NCBI GenBank assembly: GCA_002269645.1
Contig: NIVC01000352.1
Location: 186,001 to 250,000, forward strand
Length of the DNA stretch: 64,000 nucleotides
Source: Macrostomum lignano
Lineage: Eukaryota
Direction: 5' to 3'
Part shown: one piece after another, positions 60,800 to 64,000 of the stretch
Numbering within the stretch: position 1 is the stretch's first letter
Layout: each line of letters starts with the position of its first letter
Translations under genes and position numbers: made by a program
The notes under the pieces: model-generated
What the model saw: the letters and a program-made list of their open reading frames with translations, nothing else
Told to the model about the DNA's origin: nothing
Database searches by the model: none

Positions 60800-61243
60800 C
60801 CTATACTTTAGCGGATAACAGGTGTTGCAGCTTTCGTTGTTCTGCTGAAGCTGTACTTGTACTGTGAGAATCTCAGTTATGCTGAAGTCTTTCTCTTGGC
60901 CTTGAGTTTCTGCCTTAGCTACTGCATGGTCGCAACTCTTCGATCGGTAGGCTTGGGTAAGGGCACAGTAATCGGCGGAGCGTCCTTTCTCGAAGACATG
61001 TCTAAAGGTTTACCTCGGACAGTCAGAGATTTTCATTGCAGGACTGGTGGAATCGCTTTGTACAGATTTCTAGCAGGAAATGCCGTAGTCAGTAGTTGCG
61101 TGCCCGGCTCTTGGCGAAGTCTTGGGCAACTGTGCATTTCGTCAGTGAAGTGGAGGCTGCACACAACGGCACATGCCCACTTGTGCTCGTTGGCTTTGCC
61201 AAGCAGGTCGGCTCTGTAGAGTCGGCGCGCCCATTCTTCGCAT
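60800..61243 (-). pseudogene. Decayed THAP-domain (P-element/THAP9-type) coding fragment
   Basis: After an acceptor at 61244: R-CEEWARRLYRADLLG...VCSLHFTDE...AIPP (W, CSxHF and AxP hallmarks). The frame continues with stops at 61033-61035 and twice more downstream. The first two zinc-binding Cys were not found. Confidence 0.65.
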
Positions 61244-61492
61244 CTTGGTTTAAGTCAGTCTAAAGTCACTATTACAGGTTGATATATTAGCTAATTTTAT
61301 CAACCAAAGTTTAATGATAGTCCTAATTAATATTTTACTATTTCGTTATATTCTACTACAAAAGGGTTCGCCCTTATGGGTTTGAATCACACGGCAACCC
61401 CTTGGCAAATTTTCAAAGCTAACCCAAGGGAAAGCTGCATCATATTAAATAAATCGAATTCTTATCATTTTGTTTCATTGACGACGCACCAG

Positions 61493-62870
61493 TCTGAGAA
61501 GCGCCTCATTGTGGTGCTGGAGTCGGCCAGCCTCGAGACGGCCAAGGTCGGCGGCGAGTACGTCCTGCTGCAAGCCGACCGGCACAGGGACCGCATTAAG
61601 AAGCTGGGCCGGGACCCCGCAGACTACCGGCCCGACATCGCCCACCAGTGCCTGCTTATGCTGCAGGACTCGCCTCTTAACAGGGCCGGCCTATTGCAGG
61701 TGTTTGTCCGCACCAGCCGCAACGTGCTCATCCAGGTGGATCCGCAGACTCGAATTCCTAGGACCTATGATCGATTCGCTGGCCTGATGGTGCAGCTGCT
61801 GCACAAGCTCGCTATCCATGCCGCCGAGGGTAGCAGGAAGAAACTGCTTAAGGTTTGAGCATGGCCCAGTCACTCACATTGAGTTTTATCATACTAAGTC
61901 TAGGTCAAGGCTCTATCTACCCAGCTCCCCAAAGCTCCACCTACCCAGATCCTCAAGTCTCCACCTACCCAGATCCTCAAGGCTCCACCTACTCAGATCC
62001 TCAAGTCTCCACCTACCCAGCTCCTCAAGTCTCCACCTACCCAGATCCTCAAGTCTCCACCTACCCACATCCTCAAGTCTCCATCTACCCAGATTCTCAA
62101 GGCTCCACCTACTCAGATCCTCAAGTCTCCACCTACCCAGATCCTCAAGTCTCCACCTACTCAGATCCTCAAGTCTCCATCTACCCAGCTCCTCAAGGCT
62201 CCACCTACCCAGATCCTCAAGTCTCCATCTACCCAGCTCCTCAAGGCTCCACCTACCCAGCTCCTCAAGGCTCCACCTACCCAGATCCTCAAGGCTCCAC
62301 CTACCCAGCTCCTCAAGGCTCCACCTACCCAGATCCTCAAGGCTCCACCTACTCAGATCCTCAGAGCTCCACCTACCCAGCTCCTCAAGTCTCCACCTAC
62401 CCAGATCCTCGAGTCTCTACCGACAGATCAATCTACCTATCTAGAGACTTGATGATCTAAACAGATCCCCTAATGTCTACCTTCAATTATTAATGCCTTC
62501 AATATAGCATCGCAGGCGCTAAAAAGCTTCCCCTTTACTCATCTATCCCATCCGTAGGTGATAAAAAAACCCCATCACGGACCACCTGCCGGCGCAGGCG
62601 CACAAGTTCACCACCTCTGTGCAGGCGGATGCCAGCCTGACAGAGCAGCTGAGCCGAACCCCAGTAACAGACCAGCCAGTCGTATTCGTGATCGGCGCCG
62701 TGGCTCACGGCTCAATATCGGCCGACTACGCGGAGGGCAGCGTGTCTCTCAGCGGCTATCCGCTCTCTGCCGCTCTGGCCTGCGCCAAGCTAACTGGCGA
62801 ATTCGAGGCGTATTGGCGTATTGAAGAGCTGCGCGCTGAACATACTACTGCTAGCCGGACTGATAAGTAG
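61493..62870 (+). CDS. EMG1: EMG1/Nep1 18S rRNA pseudouridine N1-methyltransferase (SPOUT), with an apparent +1 frameshift at the start of the last exon
   Basis: Exons 61493-61852 and 62558-62870. Motifs [58 protein letters not shown] (after removing one A at 62563-62569), [25 protein letters not shown] at 62964-62969. Confidence 0.92.
61895..62418. repeat. 24-bp intronic minisatellite (CCACCTACCCAGATCCTCAAGTCT)
   Basis: About 21 copies within the EMG1 intron. Source of the STYPDPQV and LHLPRSSS ORFs. Confidence 0.96.
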
Positions 62871-63109
62871 CTAGTTCTGCTTGGTTGGCCTTGTCGCATT
62901 TTCTTCAAGTGCTTCTACTGCTTTTATTCGCTCGATTGTGTCCTGGAGTGCTTATTAACGTGTAATAAATCGATGGTACAAGCGATATGTAGCACTGTCT
63001 TGTTTGGCTTATTCTGTTCGTTTTTTGTACCCGTTTTCATTAGCTTGCGTTCGATTTTTATCTAATCTAGTTTATAGGATGATTAGCTTTCCTTTGATCT
63101 ATTCTATTG

Positions 63110-63890
63110 ATTCCCTCTAATCTATTCTCTAGATTCCCGCTAATCTATTCCCTAGATTCCCGCTAATCTATTCCCTAGATTCCCGCTAATCTATTCCCTA
63201 GATTCCCGCTAATCTATTCCCTAGATTACCGCTAATCTATTCTCTAGATTCTCGCTAATCTATTCCCTAGGTTCCCGCTTATCTATTCCCTAGATTCCCG
63301 CTAATCTATTCCCTAGATTCCCTCTAATCTATTCCCTAGATTCGCTCTAATCTATTCCCTAGATTCGCTCTAATCTATTCCCTAGATTCGCTCTAATCTA
63401 TTCCCTAGATTCCCTCTAATCTATTCCCTAGATTCCCGATAACATATTCTCTAGATTCTTGCTAACCTATTCCCTAGATTTCCGCTGATCTATTCTCTAG
63501 ATTCTCGCTAGTCTGTCCCCTAGATTTTGGCTAATCTAGCTATTCCCTAGATTCCCGATAACATATTCTCTAGATTCCCCCTAGTCTGTTCCCTAGATTT
63601 AGGCTAATCTATTCTCTAGATTCTCGCTAGTCGGCTCCCTAGATATAGTCTAATATATTCTCTAGATTCTCGCTAGTCGGCTCCCTATTTATAGTCTAAT
63701 ATATTCTCTATATTCTCGCTAGTCTTTTCCCTAGATTTTGGCTAATCTATTCTCTAGATTCTCGCTAGTCTGTTCCCTAGATATAGTCTAATCTATTCTC
63801 TAGATTCTCGCTCGTCCGTTCCCTAGATTTAGGCTAATCTATTCTCTAGATTCTCGCTAGTCTGTTCCCTAGATTTAGGCTAATCTACTC
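63110..63890. repeat. 23-bp minisatellite (CTAATCTATTCCCTAGATTCCCG) grading into a 46-bp higher-order repeat
   Basis: Direct inspection. Confidence 0.93.
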
Positions 63891-63916
63891 CCTATTGTTA
63901 CCATGCTGTGTAAGCA

Positions 63917-64000
63917 ATGAGCCAGCTGTCACCGCTGCTCCTGGCCGTGCTGCCAGTTATCGCTGTCCTCCGGCCAGTCGCCGGCGTCACCCTGGAGGAG
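63917..64000 (+). CDS. 5' end of a secreted or membrane protein (signal peptide), truncated by the window edge
   Basis: ATG at 63917, MSQLSPLLLAVLPVIAVLRPVAGVTLEE. GC-rich coding-like composition with a hydrophobic core and a VAG cleavage site. Confidence 0.65.
   Translation, partial: MSQLSPLLLAVLPVIAVLRPVAGVTLEE

Noticed and set aside
61818-62460. Ser/Pro-rich ORFs continuing from EMG1 exon 1
   Set aside because: They come from a 24-bp intronic minisatellite between the GT at 61853 and the AG at 62557.

Overview
Eukaryotic (metazoan) genomic DNA with short GC-rich, Q/A/P-rich exons separated by AT-rich or minisatellite-filled introns. The style suggests a free-living flatworm such as Macrostomum lignano, but this is inference only. 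Six consecutive protein-coding genes lie on the minus strand: a DCX-EMAP/EML-type protein (two doublecortin domains, HELP, WD40; runs off the left edge), a PP1 glycogen-targeting subunit (PPP1R3), a single-exon neuropeptide precursor ending in MRY-G-stop (NKY-like), neuroendocrine 7B2, a 10-exon EPLIN/LIMD2-class LIM protein with a four-fold C-terminal repeat, and an MRTF/myocardin-family coactivator. On the plus strand are EMG1/Nep1 (with a 1-nt excess in an A-run and no conventional first exon) and the signal-peptide start of a secreted protein at the right edge. A decayed THAP-domain fragment lies head-to-head with EMG1. About 20 distinct tandem-repeat arrays and several MITEs (hAT, Mutator-like, Tc1/mariner-like, foldback) fill introns and intergenic space. 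Most long ORFs in the supplied track are translations of these repeats. Exon structures were deduced by eye from GT/AG sites and phase continuity. No prokaryotic features or CRISPR arrays were seen.
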